A stretch of 64,000 bases of DNA from Christensenellales bacterium (GCA_051889215.1 JBJFDC010000003.1:7456-71455), one strand, 5' to 3'; shown: positions 40,202 to 48,111, numbered from the stretch's first letter. Numbers and translations: made by a program. Notes: generated by a model not told the origin, from the sequence alone.

Positions 40202-41872
40202 TTAATTTATATGCAATAATTTATGAGATAATTTTTTGTCGTCAAGAAAGAATTCTTCATAAATCTTTTGCATGTCTTTGTTCTCAAAACTGCGGCGGGT
40301 GGATTTTGTTTTGTCAACATCATAAATGGATTTTGTTCTTTGCGCTTTGATATCTTCCACGCCAACACGCGAAAAATCTGTCCAAATTTGTCCTCCGCCA
40401 TTTATGCAACCGCCAGGACATGCCATGACCTCAACAAAATCATAGTGACTTTTCCCAGAGATTATATCTTCAACAACTTGCCTTGCATTGCTCAAACCGC
40501 TGACAACACAAAGTTTTAGATTTATTTTTCCCGCCTTGACTTCAATTTCTTTTCGTCCTTTGCTTCCTCTCACTTCTTCAAAGTCAACTCTGTCTTCTCC
40601 GAGAATATGACAAGCATAGCGAAGAGTGGCTTCTGTCACACCGCCCGAAACACCAAAAAGCAGAGCACCTCCCGAATATTCTGAAAGCGGACTATCAAAA
40701 GGCGACGGCTCAAGATTTTGAAAGTCAATGTTTTTTTGCATGATTAGGCGAGCAAGTTCCCTGGTTGTTATGACCAAATCAACATCTTTCGCCCTTTCTC
40801 TTTCACCCTTCTTTGCTGTGCAAGGCATGATGCCAACAGTCCTGATTTTGTCTTTTGGAATGTCATATTTTTGCGTGTAATAATTTTTTATTATTGCGCC
40901 AAGCATTTCTGTTGGACTTTTGCAAGTCGAAAGAGAAGTCTCATATGATTTGTAGTGCTCTTGAACAAACTTGAACCATGCCGGGCAGCACGAAGAAAAT
41001 TGAGGCAAGTTTTTGTTTTGTTTTATCCTTTCAACGAGTTCTTCCGCTTCTTCCTTGACCGTGAAATCTGCCCCCATGTTTACATCAAACACTTTTTGGA
41101 AGCCAAGCATTTTGAGTGCGGTCACCATTTTCCCTTCTTCAAATGTTCCAAGCGGCATTCCGAATGCCTCGCTCAAACTCACACGAACAGATGGGGCTAT
41201 TTGGCAAGTGACAAACAAATCTTTGTCTTCAAGCATTTCCAAAAGTTTTTTTGTGTCGTCTTTTTCAACGAGCGCACCCGTTGGGCACACAAGAGTGCAT
41301 TGCCCACAGCCAACACAAGGGCTGTTTTTTATTCCTGCATCAAATGCACAGCCGAGTTTTGTTGAAAATCCCCTGCCAATCTTGGTCAATGCATTAACGC
41401 TTTGAATGTTTGAACACACTTTTTCACATCTTGAACACAAAATGCATTTATTCATGTCGCGAACAATGCAAGGTGATGACAAATCAATTTCATACTCGAG
41501 CTTTTCACCGCCGTCAAACCCCTCTTCAATTCCATATTGAGCGCAATATTTTTGAAGCGAACAATATCCACTTTTTTGACAATTTGGGCAATCTTTATGA
41601 TGGTTGCTGACAAGCATTTTTAGCGTCATTTTTCTTGAATTCATGACGCGTGGAGAATTTGTTTTTATTTTCATTCCATCAACGAGTCTCGTTGAACAGG
41701 CAGTCAAAAGCTTTTCGCCCACCTCAACAACACACATTCTACAGCTTGAATTTTCGCAAACATCTTTGAGATAGCAAAGCGTCGGAATTTCAATATTATT
41801 CTCTCTGCATAGTTCAAGTATGGTCTGATTATCTCTTGCAACATATTCCTTTTCGTCGATATAAACTTTCAT
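40202..41872 (-). CDS. hydA: [FeFe] hydrogenase catalytic subunit HydA
   Basis: N-terminal 2Fe-2S domain and several 4Fe-4S Cys clusters. H-cluster motifs: FSSCCPAW, MPCTAKK and VMACPGGCINGGGQ. Start at ATG 41872, 2 nt after the hydB stop. Confidence 0.9.
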   Translation of the reverse strand: MKVYIDEKEYVARDNQTILELCRENNIEIPTLCYLKDVCENSSCRMCVVEVGEKLLTACSTRLVDGMKIKTNSPRVMNSRKMTLKMLVSNHHKDCPNCQKSGYCSLQKYCAQYGIEEGFDGGEKLEYEIDLSSPCIVRDMNKCILCSRCEKVCSNIQSVNALTKIGRGFSTKLGCAFDAGIKNSPCVGCGQCTLVCPTGALVEKDDTKKLLEMLEDKDLFVTCQIAPSVRVSLSEAFGMPLGTFEEGKMVTALKMLGFQKVFDVNMGADFTVKEEAEELVERIKQNKNLPQFSSCCPAWFKFVQEHYKSYETSLSTCKSPTEMLGAIIKNYYTQKYDIPKDKIRTVGIMPCTAKKGERERAKDVDLVITTRELARLIMQKNIDFQNLEPSPFDSPLSEYSGGALLFGVSGGVTEATLRYACHILGEDRVDFEEVRGSKGRKEIEVKAGKINLKLCVVSGLSNARQVVEDIISGKSHYDFVEVMACPGGCINGGGQIWTDFSRVGVEDIKAQRTKSIYDVDKTKSTRRSFENKDMQKIYEEFFLDDKKLSHKLLHIN

Positions 41873-41873
41873 T

Positions 41874-43703
41874 TTACACCTTCCTAACAGCAGAGAATTT
41901 GCAAGTATTTGCACAAGTTCCACACTTTATGCATTTTTCTTGATTTATTTCATGCGGACATCTGACCGCTCCGCTTATTGCATTGGTCGGACAAACCCTT
42001 GAACAGGCAGTGCAACCAATGCATTTTGTTTTGTCGATTTCAAATTTCACAAGACCTTTGCATACCCCCGCTGGACAATGCCCGTTTATGTGCGCAAGAT
42101 ATTCGTCCCTAAAAAATTTCAAAGTCGAAAGCACTGGGTTTGGAGATGTTTGACCCAGTCCGCAAAGAGAATTTTGTTTGGTGTAGTTCGCAATTTCTTC
42201 AAGCCGAGCCAAGTCATCAACATTTGCTTTGCCTTCGGTTATTTTGGTCAGAATTTCAAGCATTCGCTTGTTCCCAATTCGGCAAGGCGTGCATTTTCCA
42301 CAACTTTCGCCAACCGAAAAAGAGAGGAAGAATTTAGCGATGTCAACCATACAAGCATCTTCACTCAACACAATCATTCCACCTGAGCCCATCATCGCAC
42401 CGCAATTTGTCAAACTTTCATAATCAATTTCAGTGTCGCATAGCTGTCTTGGAATGCAACCGCCGCTTGGTCCTCCAACCAAAACCGCTTTGAGTTGTTT
42501 TCCGTCTTTCACTCCGCCGCCGCACACATCAATAATCTGATTTATTGTCGTCCCCATTGGAAGTTCAAAAAGACCCGTGTTGTTGACATGTCCTGAAAGC
42601 GCAAACACTTTTGTTCCTTTTGACCCATCTGTTCCGACACGCCTAAACCAATCCGGACCCTTGAGAATGATTTGCGGAATGCAAGCGAGAGTCTCAACAT
42701 TGTTAATGACAGTTGGATATCCCTCATATCCTCGCTCTGCTGGATATGGAGGTTTTTTTGTCGGCTCTCCCCGACGTCCCTCACAACTTCGAAGAAGTGC
42801 TGTTTCTTCTCCGCAAACAAATGCACTCGCGCCATACTTTATTTCAATGTCAAAACAAAAACTCGTTCCAAAAATGTTCTTGCCCAAAAGCCCAACACTT
42901 CTTGCATCTTTTATCGCTTTTTCAAGTCTCGCCCCAGCAAGCGGATACTCCGCCCGAATATAGACCAAGCCATGCTCTGCACCAATCGCGTGCCCAGCAA
43001 TCTCAAGCGCCTCGATTATGGCGTGAGGATTGCTTTCCATGATTGACCTGTCCATAAAAGCGCCGGGGTCGCCTTCGTCCGCATTACAAACAACATATTT
43101 TTTGTCGCTCTCACTCTGGCGCGCAAAAGCCCACTTTTTCCCGGTTGGAAATCCTGCTCCGCCTCGCCCACGGATTCCACTTTTTGTGACGATGTCAATA
43201 ATTTCTTCTCGAGACTTTTCAAGCGCCAAATATAATCCAAAATAACCGCCAGTTCCAATGTAGTCCTCAATCACTTCTGGATCAATTTCGCCAATGGCAG
43301 CACGTGCCACAAAAGTTTGCGATTTGAAAAATGGAATGTCTTTGAGACTTCGATATGTCTTTCCATTTTTATCCTTATATAAAAGTCTTTCAACAACTTC
43401 GCCACTCTTTGTTTTTTCAACAATTTCTTCGACGTCTTCAACTTTTACTCTATTATAAAAAATTTCGCCTGGATAAATCAAAACATTGGGACCAAGCCCA
43501 CAAAGACCAAGGCAACCAGTTTTGCAAACCTTTAAATTTTCGTCAGCAAAGAGTGAAAATTTTTCAAAAACACCTTTTGAGTTTATACTCTCACAACCCG
43601 ACGAATAACACACCATGATTTGATGCTTGTTTTGTTTTGGAGAAAGCGCAATATTCTTTGATAGCGCTGTGTTCTTTATCTCTTCAAGTTCAGCAAGTGT
43701 CAT
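41874..43703 (-). CDS. hydB: NuoF-like NAD(P)H-binding flavoprotein subunit HydB
   Basis: GRGGAGFPTG.KW (FMN/NADH site), the ESCGKCTPCR 4Fe-4S motif and C-terminal 2x[4Fe-4S] ferredoxin motifs. ATGA overlap with hydC. Confidence 0.9.
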   Translation of the reverse strand: MTLAELEEIKNTALSKNIALSPKQNKHQIMVCYSSGCESINSKGVFEKFSLFADENLKVCKTGCLGLCGLGPNVLIYPGEIFYNRVKVEDVEEIVEKTKSGEVVERLLYKDKNGKTYRSLKDIPFFKSQTFVARAAIGEIDPEVIEDYIGTGGYFGLYLALEKSREEIIDIVTKSGIRGRGGAGFPTGKKWAFARQSESDKKYVVCNADEGDPGAFMDRSIMESNPHAIIEALEIAGHAIGAEHGLVYIRAEYPLAGARLEKAIKDARSVGLLGKNIFGTSFCFDIEIKYGASAFVCGEETALLRSCEGRRGEPTKKPPYPAERGYEGYPTVINNVETLACIPQIILKGPDWFRRVGTDGSKGTKVFALSGHVNNTGLFELPMGTTINQIIDVCGGGVKDGKQLKAVLVGGPSGGCIPRQLCDTEIDYESLTNCGAMMGSGGMIVLSEDACMVDIAKFFLSFSVGESCGKCTPCRIGNKRMLEILTKITEGKANVDDLARLEEIANYTKQNSLCGLGQTSPNPVLSTLKFFRDEYLAHINGHCPAGVCKGLVKFEIDKTKCIGCTACSRVCPTNAISGAVRCPHEINQEKCIKCGTCANTCKFSAVRKV

Positions 43704-44149
43704 TTTTTTGCCTCCTCATAAAGCTTGTCAACAAGTTTGTTTATCAGAAGTGGTGTGACATTTGAATGAATCTCGCCGTCAATGCTCACAACTGGTGCCA
43801 GCCCGCAACAACCAAGACATCTGACATAATGAAGTTCAACAAATCCATCGCCTGTTATTTCTCCATCGCCAATTCCGAGTCTCTTTTCAAGAGTGTCGCA
43901 AATAACCCCTGCACCGAGAACAAAACACGCCGTCCCCGTGCAGATTGATATTGAATGTTTTGCGTTTGGCTTCAAACGAAATTGTGCATAAAATGTGACA
44001 ATGCCATATATTTCAGCACACGACACCTTTGTTTCTTGAGATATTTTTTCAATCGCCTCGCGTGAAACATAACCATTTTCCGTCATTTCTTTTTGCAATA
44101 GCGGAATAACTTTTTCTTGTTGATTTTGACATTTGCAATCTTTGCACAT
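43700..44149 (-). CDS. hydC: NuoE-like 2Fe-2S thioredoxin-fold subunit HydC
   Basis: ...VTFYAQF...ICTGTAC...C.GCCGLAPV pattern. The ATG at 44149 is preferred over the GTG at 44155, which lies inside the GAGGTG RBS. Confidence 0.85.
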   Translation of the reverse strand: MCKDCKCQNQQEKVIPLLQKEMTENGYVSREAIEKISQETKVSCAEIYGIVTFYAQFRLKPNAKHSISICTGTACFVLGAGVICDTLEKRLGIGDGEITGDGFVELHYVRCLGCCGLAPVVSIDGEIHSNVTPLLINKLVDKLYEEAKK

Positions 44150-44322
44150 ATTCACCTCAAAATTTAGTTTATCAAATTGAAATGTTTTTACAAAATGAAT
44201 ATTGATTTTTTTGAGCGAATGACCAATCGCGAAAAAATAATTTTGTAAATTTCATCTTTTGTTCAAATCGCGAAAAAACAAGTTATTGAAACATAAGTTT
44301 TTGATTGTAAAATTCAAATTTT

Positions 44323-44370
44323 TTACAAAATGTTGTAAAAATAATTTTCAAAAAACACAAGATATTGTGG
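44323..44370 (+). promoter_or_regulatory. two NrdR-box-like palindromes upstream of nrdD
   Basis: TACAAAATGTTGTA (44323-44336) and ACACAAGATATTGTGG (44355-44370) resemble the NrdR box consensus acaCwAtATaTwGtgt. Their centres are 33 bp apart. The second box abuts the -35 element. Confidence 0.45.
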
Positions 44371-44378
44371 TTTTTTGT

Positions 44379-44408
44379 TTGACAACAATCAATTCAAAAA
44401 ATTATAAT
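44379..44408 (+). promoter_or_regulatory. nrdDG promoter TTGACA-N18-TATAAT
   Basis: Consensus hexamers 25 nt upstream of the nrdD ATG. Confidence 0.5.
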
Positions 44409-44432
44409 GAAAACAACAAATTGGGGGGAATT

Positions 44433-46607
44433 ATGAAAATCATCAAGAGAAGTGGGAAAGAAGTCGAATTTGACCAAAACAAAATCACAAACGCAATCTA
44501 CAAGGCAAATCAAACTGTTGAAGAAAACAATCGACTTCAAGAAAAGCAAATTTTTGACATTGTTCAAGACATAACAAATCTTTGCAAAAAAACACACCGC
44601 GCCACGTCTGTTGAGGAAATTCAAGATATGGTTGAGCGAGCTTTGATGCAAGCAAAGGCATATGAGGTTGCAAAAAATTACATAACCTATCGCTATGAGC
44701 GTGCTCTCGTGCGTCAAGCCAACACAACCGACAAACAAATTTTGTCGCTGATTGAATGCGACAACGAAGAGGTCAAACAAGAAAATTCAAACAAAAATCC
44801 TGTTGTCAATTCTGTTCAACGCGACTATATGGCAGGAGAAGTCAGCAAGGACATAACAAAAAGATTCTTGTTGCCAAAAGACATTGTCAAAGCACACGAA
44901 AATGGGGAAATTCATTTTCATGATGCCGACTATTTTGCACAGCATATGCATAACTGTGATTTGGTTAACCTCGAAGACATGTTGCAAAACGGAACTGTGA
45001 TTTCTGGAACAATGATTGAGCGTCCTCACACCTTTGCGACCGCTTGCAACATTGCAACTCAAATAATCGCACAAGTCGCATCAAGCCAATATGGCGGGCA
45101 AAGCATAAGTCTGACACACCTTGCCCCATTTGTTGATGTATCGCGTCAAAAATTCAGACGTGACACAATCAAAGAATTTGAAGAATTGGGAATAGAACTT
45201 TCTGAAGAACAACTTGACTCAATTGTCGAAAATCAAGTGAGAAAAGAGATTAACAAGGGCATTCAAACAATTCAATATCAAGTCGTCACTCTCATGACAA
45301 CAAATGGACAAGCGCCGTTCATAACCGTGTTTATGTATTTGGGAGAGGCAAGGAATGAGCGCGAGAAAAAAGACCTTGCAATGATGATTGAAGAAACCTT
45401 GAATCAAAGAATTGTTGGAGTGAAAAACCAAAAAGGAATATACATCACACCCGCTTTCCCAAAACTCATTTATGTCCTCGAAGAACAAAACATTCACGAG
45501 GATAGTCCATATTTCTATCTCACCGAACTTGCTGCACGTTGCACAGCAAAGCGCATGGTTCCAGACTATATTTCAGAAAAGAAAATGCTTGAACTCAAAA
45601 TCGACAAAAACGGAGTCGGCCATTGCTACACCTGCATGGGTTGCCGCAGTTTTCTCACACCTTTTGTCGATGAAAATGGAAATCCAAAATATTATGGCAG
45701 ATTCAATCAAGGTGTCGTCACCGTAAACCTCATCGACATCGCTTTGACTTCTGGAAAAGACATGGACAAGTTTTGGAAAGTGTTTGATGAAAGAATGGAA
45801 CTTTGCCATCGCGCACTTCGTTTGCGCCACGAAAGACTTTTGGGCACTTTGTCCGATGCGGCACCAATTCTATGGCAACATGGCGCTTTGTCACGCCTCA
45901 AACCTGGCGAAAAAATCGACAAACTGCTCTATGGTGGATATTCAACTTTGTCGCTCGGATATGCCGGGCTATGGGAAACTGTTTATGCTTTAAGCGGCAA
46001 AAAACTCACCTCACCCGAAGGCAAAGAACTCGGCCTTGAAATCATGAGAAAACTCAATGAATACACAAAACGTTGGAAACTTGCAGAAAACATCGACTAT
46101 TCTCTCTATGGCACACCTCTTGAAAGCACGACATACAAATTTGCAAAATGTTTGCAAAAGAAATTTGGAATAATCGAGGGAGTGACAGACAAATCTTATA
46201 TAACAAACTCATATCATGTTCATGTCACCGAACAAATTGATGCGTTTGAAAAACTTAAATTTGAAAGCGAATTCCAAGCTTTGAGCCCAGGAGGCGCAAT
46301 AAGTTATGTTGAAGTGCCAAACATGCAAAACAACATTCCTGCCGTGCTTGAAGTGATAAAATTTATTTACGACAACATCATGTATGCCGAACTTAACACA
46401 AAAAGCGACTATTGTCAGGTTTGTGGGTTCGACGGAGAAATACAAATTGTTGAAAATGACGGGAAACTCTTGTGGGAGTGTCCAAATTGCCACAACCGAG
46501 ATCAATCCAAAATGAATGTCGCAAGACGAACATGCGGCTATATTGGTTCACAATTTTGGAATCAAGGCAGAACTCAAGAAATTCGCGACCGCGTTCTACA
46601 CTTATAA
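44433..46607 (+). CDS. nrdD: anaerobic ribonucleoside-triphosphate reductase
   Basis: N-terminal ATP-cone (KRSGKEVEFDQNKI), a C-terminal Zn ribbon (CQVCG...CPNCH) and the glycyl-radical motif RRTCGYIG. GGGGGG RBS before the ATG at 44433. Confidence 0.95.
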   Translation: MKIIKRSGKEVEFDQNKITNAIYKANQTVEENNRLQEKQIFDIVQDITNLCKKTHRATSVEEIQDMVERALMQAKAYEVAKNYITYRYERALVRQANTTDKQILSLIECDNEEVKQENSNKNPVVNSVQRDYMAGEVSKDITKRFLLPKDIVKAHENGEIHFHDADYFAQHMHNCDLVNLEDMLQNGTVISGTMIERPHTFATACNIATQIIAQVASSQYGGQSISLTHLAPFVDVSRQKFRRDTIKEFEELGIELSEEQLDSIVENQVRKEINKGIQTIQYQVVTLMTTNGQAPFITVFMYLGEARNEREKKDLAMMIEETLNQRIVGVKNQKGIYITPAFPKLIYVLEEQNIHEDSPYFYLTELAARCTAKRMVPDYISEKKMLELKIDKNGVGHCYTCMGCRSFLTPFVDENGNPKYYGRFNQGVVTVNLIDIALTSGKDMDKFWKVFDERMELCHRALRLRHERLLGTLSDAAPILWQHGALSRLKPGEKIDKLLYGGYSTLSLGYAGLWETVYALSGKKLTSPEGKELGLEIMRKLNEYTKRWKLAENIDYSLYGTPLESTTYKFAKCLQKKFGIIEGVTDKSYITNSYHVHVTEQIDAFEKLKFESEFQALSPGGAISYVEVPNMQNNIPAVLEVIKFIYDNIMYAELNTKSDYCQVCGFDGEIQIVENDGKLLWECPNCHNRDQSKMNVARRTCGYIGSQFWNQGRTQEIRDRVLHL

Positions 46608-46640
46608 CCGCGCAAAAGCATTAATCACTCTGGAGATTTT

Positions 46641-47162
46641 ATGAATTTTGGTGCAATAAAAAACAACGATATTGCAAATGGACTGGGCATTCGCATCAGT
46701 CTTTTTGTCAGCGGTTGCACCCATCATTGCAAAGGTTGTTTCAATGCAGAAACATGGAATTTTGATTATGGCAAACCCTTCACAAAAGATGAAGAAAACC
46801 AAATTATTTCACTTCTAAAAAAACCTCACATAAAAGGTTTGACACTCCTGGGTGGCGAGCCAATGGAACCACAAAATCAAGCCGAAGTCGTCAAACTTTT
46901 AAGACGCGTAAAATCAGAACTTCCGCAAAAAGATGTTTGGTGTTATTCTGGATACACTTTGGAAGAATTGCAAGACAAAAATCATCGAACTCACACACCT
47001 GTCACTGACGAAATTCTCGGCATGCTCGATGTTTTGGTCGATGGAGAATTTGTCGCAGAAAAAAAGAACCTCAAACTCAAGTTTCGAGGTTCTGAAAATC
47101 AGCGCATAATCGACATGAAACAAACTCAAAAAGACAATAAAATCGTGTTGCTCGAACTTTAA
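46641..47162 (+). CDS. nrdG: anaerobic RNR activating protein (radical SAM)
   Basis: The CTHHCKGCFN radical-SAM cluster motif. Sits immediately downstream of nrdD. Confidence 0.9.
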   Translation: MNFGAIKNNDIANGLGIRISLFVSGCTHHCKGCFNAETWNFDYGKPFTKDEENQIISLLKKPHIKGLTLLGGEPMEPQNQAEVVKLLRRVKSELPQKDVWCYSGYTLEELQDKNHRTHTPVTDEILGMLDVLVDGEFVAEKKNLKLKFRGSENQRIIDMKQTQKDNKIVLLEL

Positions 47163-47264
47163 ATGATTTGTTTGAACAATCGCCGCCATTTATGCACCAT
47201 TGCAAACGCCGATCCTTTTTTGCAAATATACATATAACAAAAACAATATTTTTTTGTTTTTTTA

Positions 47265-47293
47265 TTGACACAACAATTTTATTTTGTTATTAT
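47265..47293 (+). promoter_or_regulatory. promoter TTGACA-N17-TATTAT upstream of the tRNA-like array
   Basis: Perfect -35 (47265-47270), 17-nt spacer, TATTAT at 47288-47293. No coding gene follows. Confidence 0.55.
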
Positions 47294-47330
47294 AACAAAG
47301 CATTTCAAAATGCAAACATAAAAAAACATC

Positions 47331-47520
47331 AACAACTTAATAATGGAATGGGAGCACCGCTCTCGCGCAAGCCCGTCGTGCTCGATGCCGCAAAGCAAGT
47401 TTGCTCATTGTGCACCACCCTGTCGCCGAGCGAAGCGAACGCCATTCACACGCAAACTTCCCCGCCGCGTGAATATAAGGTGGGGGTCGGAGGGAACCAC
47501 CGACCAAAAAATTAGTTCTC
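47331..47520 (+). other. tRNA-Ile-derived unit A: D arm replaced by a 61-nt GC-rich segment, 52-nt insert in the anticodon loop, altered T arm
   Basis: Shares the leader TCAACAACTTAATAA plus TGGAATG (47344-47350), GCACCACCCTG (47412-47422) and ATAAGGTGGGGGTCGG (47475-47490) with the real tRNA. The intervening segments are foreign and GC-rich. Confidence 0.7.
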
Positions 47521-47640
47521 AACTTAATAATGGAATGTAGCTCAGCAGGTTAGAGCACCACCCTGGGCGAAGCGTTCGTAGCGTAAGCGGAGAACATAAG
47601 GTGGGCGACCCCACCGGAACCCAAAACTTTGGTGTTCAAC
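47521..47640 (+). repeat. tRNA-Ile-derived unit B1 (120 bp): exact tRNA 5' half, 30-nt anticodon-loop insert, non-tRNA 3' part
   Basis: 47531-47565 is identical to tRNA positions 1-35. The insert is 47566-47595, and ATAAGGTGG resumes at 47596. Then come the hairpins GGTGGGCGACCCCACC and GAACCCAAAACTTTGGTGTTC. Confidence 0.85.
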
Positions 47641-47760
47641 AACTTAATAATGGAATGTAGCTCAGCAGGTTAGAGCACCACCCTGGGCGAAGCGTTCGTA
47701 GCGTAAGCGGAGAACATAAGGTGGGCGACCCCACCGGAACCCAAAACTTTGGTGTTCAAC
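47641..47760 (+). repeat. tRNA-Ile-derived unit B2, identical to B1
   Basis: 120/120 identity by direct comparison of the two 120-nt blocks. Confidence 0.85.
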
Positions 47761-47770
47761 AACTTAATAA

Positions 47771-47847
47771 TGGAATGTAGCTCAGCAGGTTAGAGCACCA
47801 CCCTGATAAGGTGGGGGTCGGTGGTTCGAGTCCACTCATTCCAACCA
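47771..47847 (+). tRNA. tRNA-Ile (anticodon GAT)
   Basis: Hand fold:
- acceptor TGGAATG / CATTCCA
- D stem GCTC / GAGC
- anticodon stem CCACC / GGTGG, loop CTGATAA
- variable region GGGTC
- T stem GGTGG / CCACT, loop TTCGAGT
- discriminator A, encoded CCA
It has an unusual U1:A72 first pair. Confidence 0.9.
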
Positions 47848-47852
47848 AAAGC

Positions 47853-47886
47853 AAGCACTTAACAAAGTTAAGTGCTTTTCTTTTTT
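47853..47886 (+). terminator. rho-independent terminator after tRNA-Ile
   Basis: AAGCACTTAAC-AAA-GTTAAGTGCTT (11-bp stem), followed by TTCTTTTTT. Confidence 0.8.
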
Positions 47887-48031
47887 GTGGATAAATTGAC
47901 TTGCAAATTTAGACACTAAAAAAAGAAAAAGCATTTGCATTGAAAATGCGAATGCGAGCTTTTGAGAAAAAACAACTGGACGAGAACCATATTTAGTATT
48001 ATCCCCAAAAACCTATGTCGCACAAGCGAAC

Positions 48032-48105
48032 ATAAGGTGGGGGTCGGTGTCCTCTCCGCTTTGCTCCGAGTCGCTTTCGCTGCGCGAGTCCACTCATTCC
48101 AATCA
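48032..48105 (+). pseudogene. stand-alone tRNA-Ile 3' half (from the anticodon loop ATAA to an ATCA end) with a 37-nt GC-rich insert in the T loop
   Basis: ATAAGGTGGGGGTCGGTG (48032-48049), then the insert (48050-48086), then AGTCCACTCATTCCAATCA (48087-48105). Apart from the insert it matches the real tRNA at all but one position. Confidence 0.75.
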
Positions 48106-48111
48106 AAAACT

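Noticed and set aside
44156-44260. Rex operator (TTGTGAA-N6-TTCACAA type) upstream of hydABC
   Set aside because: I found no convincing palindrome of that form, only the AATCGCGAAAAAA direct repeat reported separately.
47168-47540. Track ORFs 47168-47515(+), 47343-47540(+) and 47337-47522(-), which overlap unit A
   Set aside because: They have no RBS, they consist of the GC-rich tRNA-like sequence, they overlap each other on both strands, and their composition (Arg/Pro/Ser/Cys-rich) is typical of translated non-coding GC islands.
47566-47595. Group I intron, or an archaeal-type intron, in a tRNA anticodon loop
   Set aside because: The insert is only 30 nt, far below group I intron size, and has no recognisable P/Q/R/S-type elements. 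The B units also lack a T arm and an acceptor 3' strand, so splicing could not yield a tRNA. I did not find a bulge-helix-bulge motif at the junctions.
47521-47760. Could the 120-bp tandem repeats be a CRISPR array?
   Set aside because: The repeat unit is 120 bp and the two copies are identical over their full length, so there are no unique spacers. The repeat is tRNA-derived, and there are no cas genes in the window.
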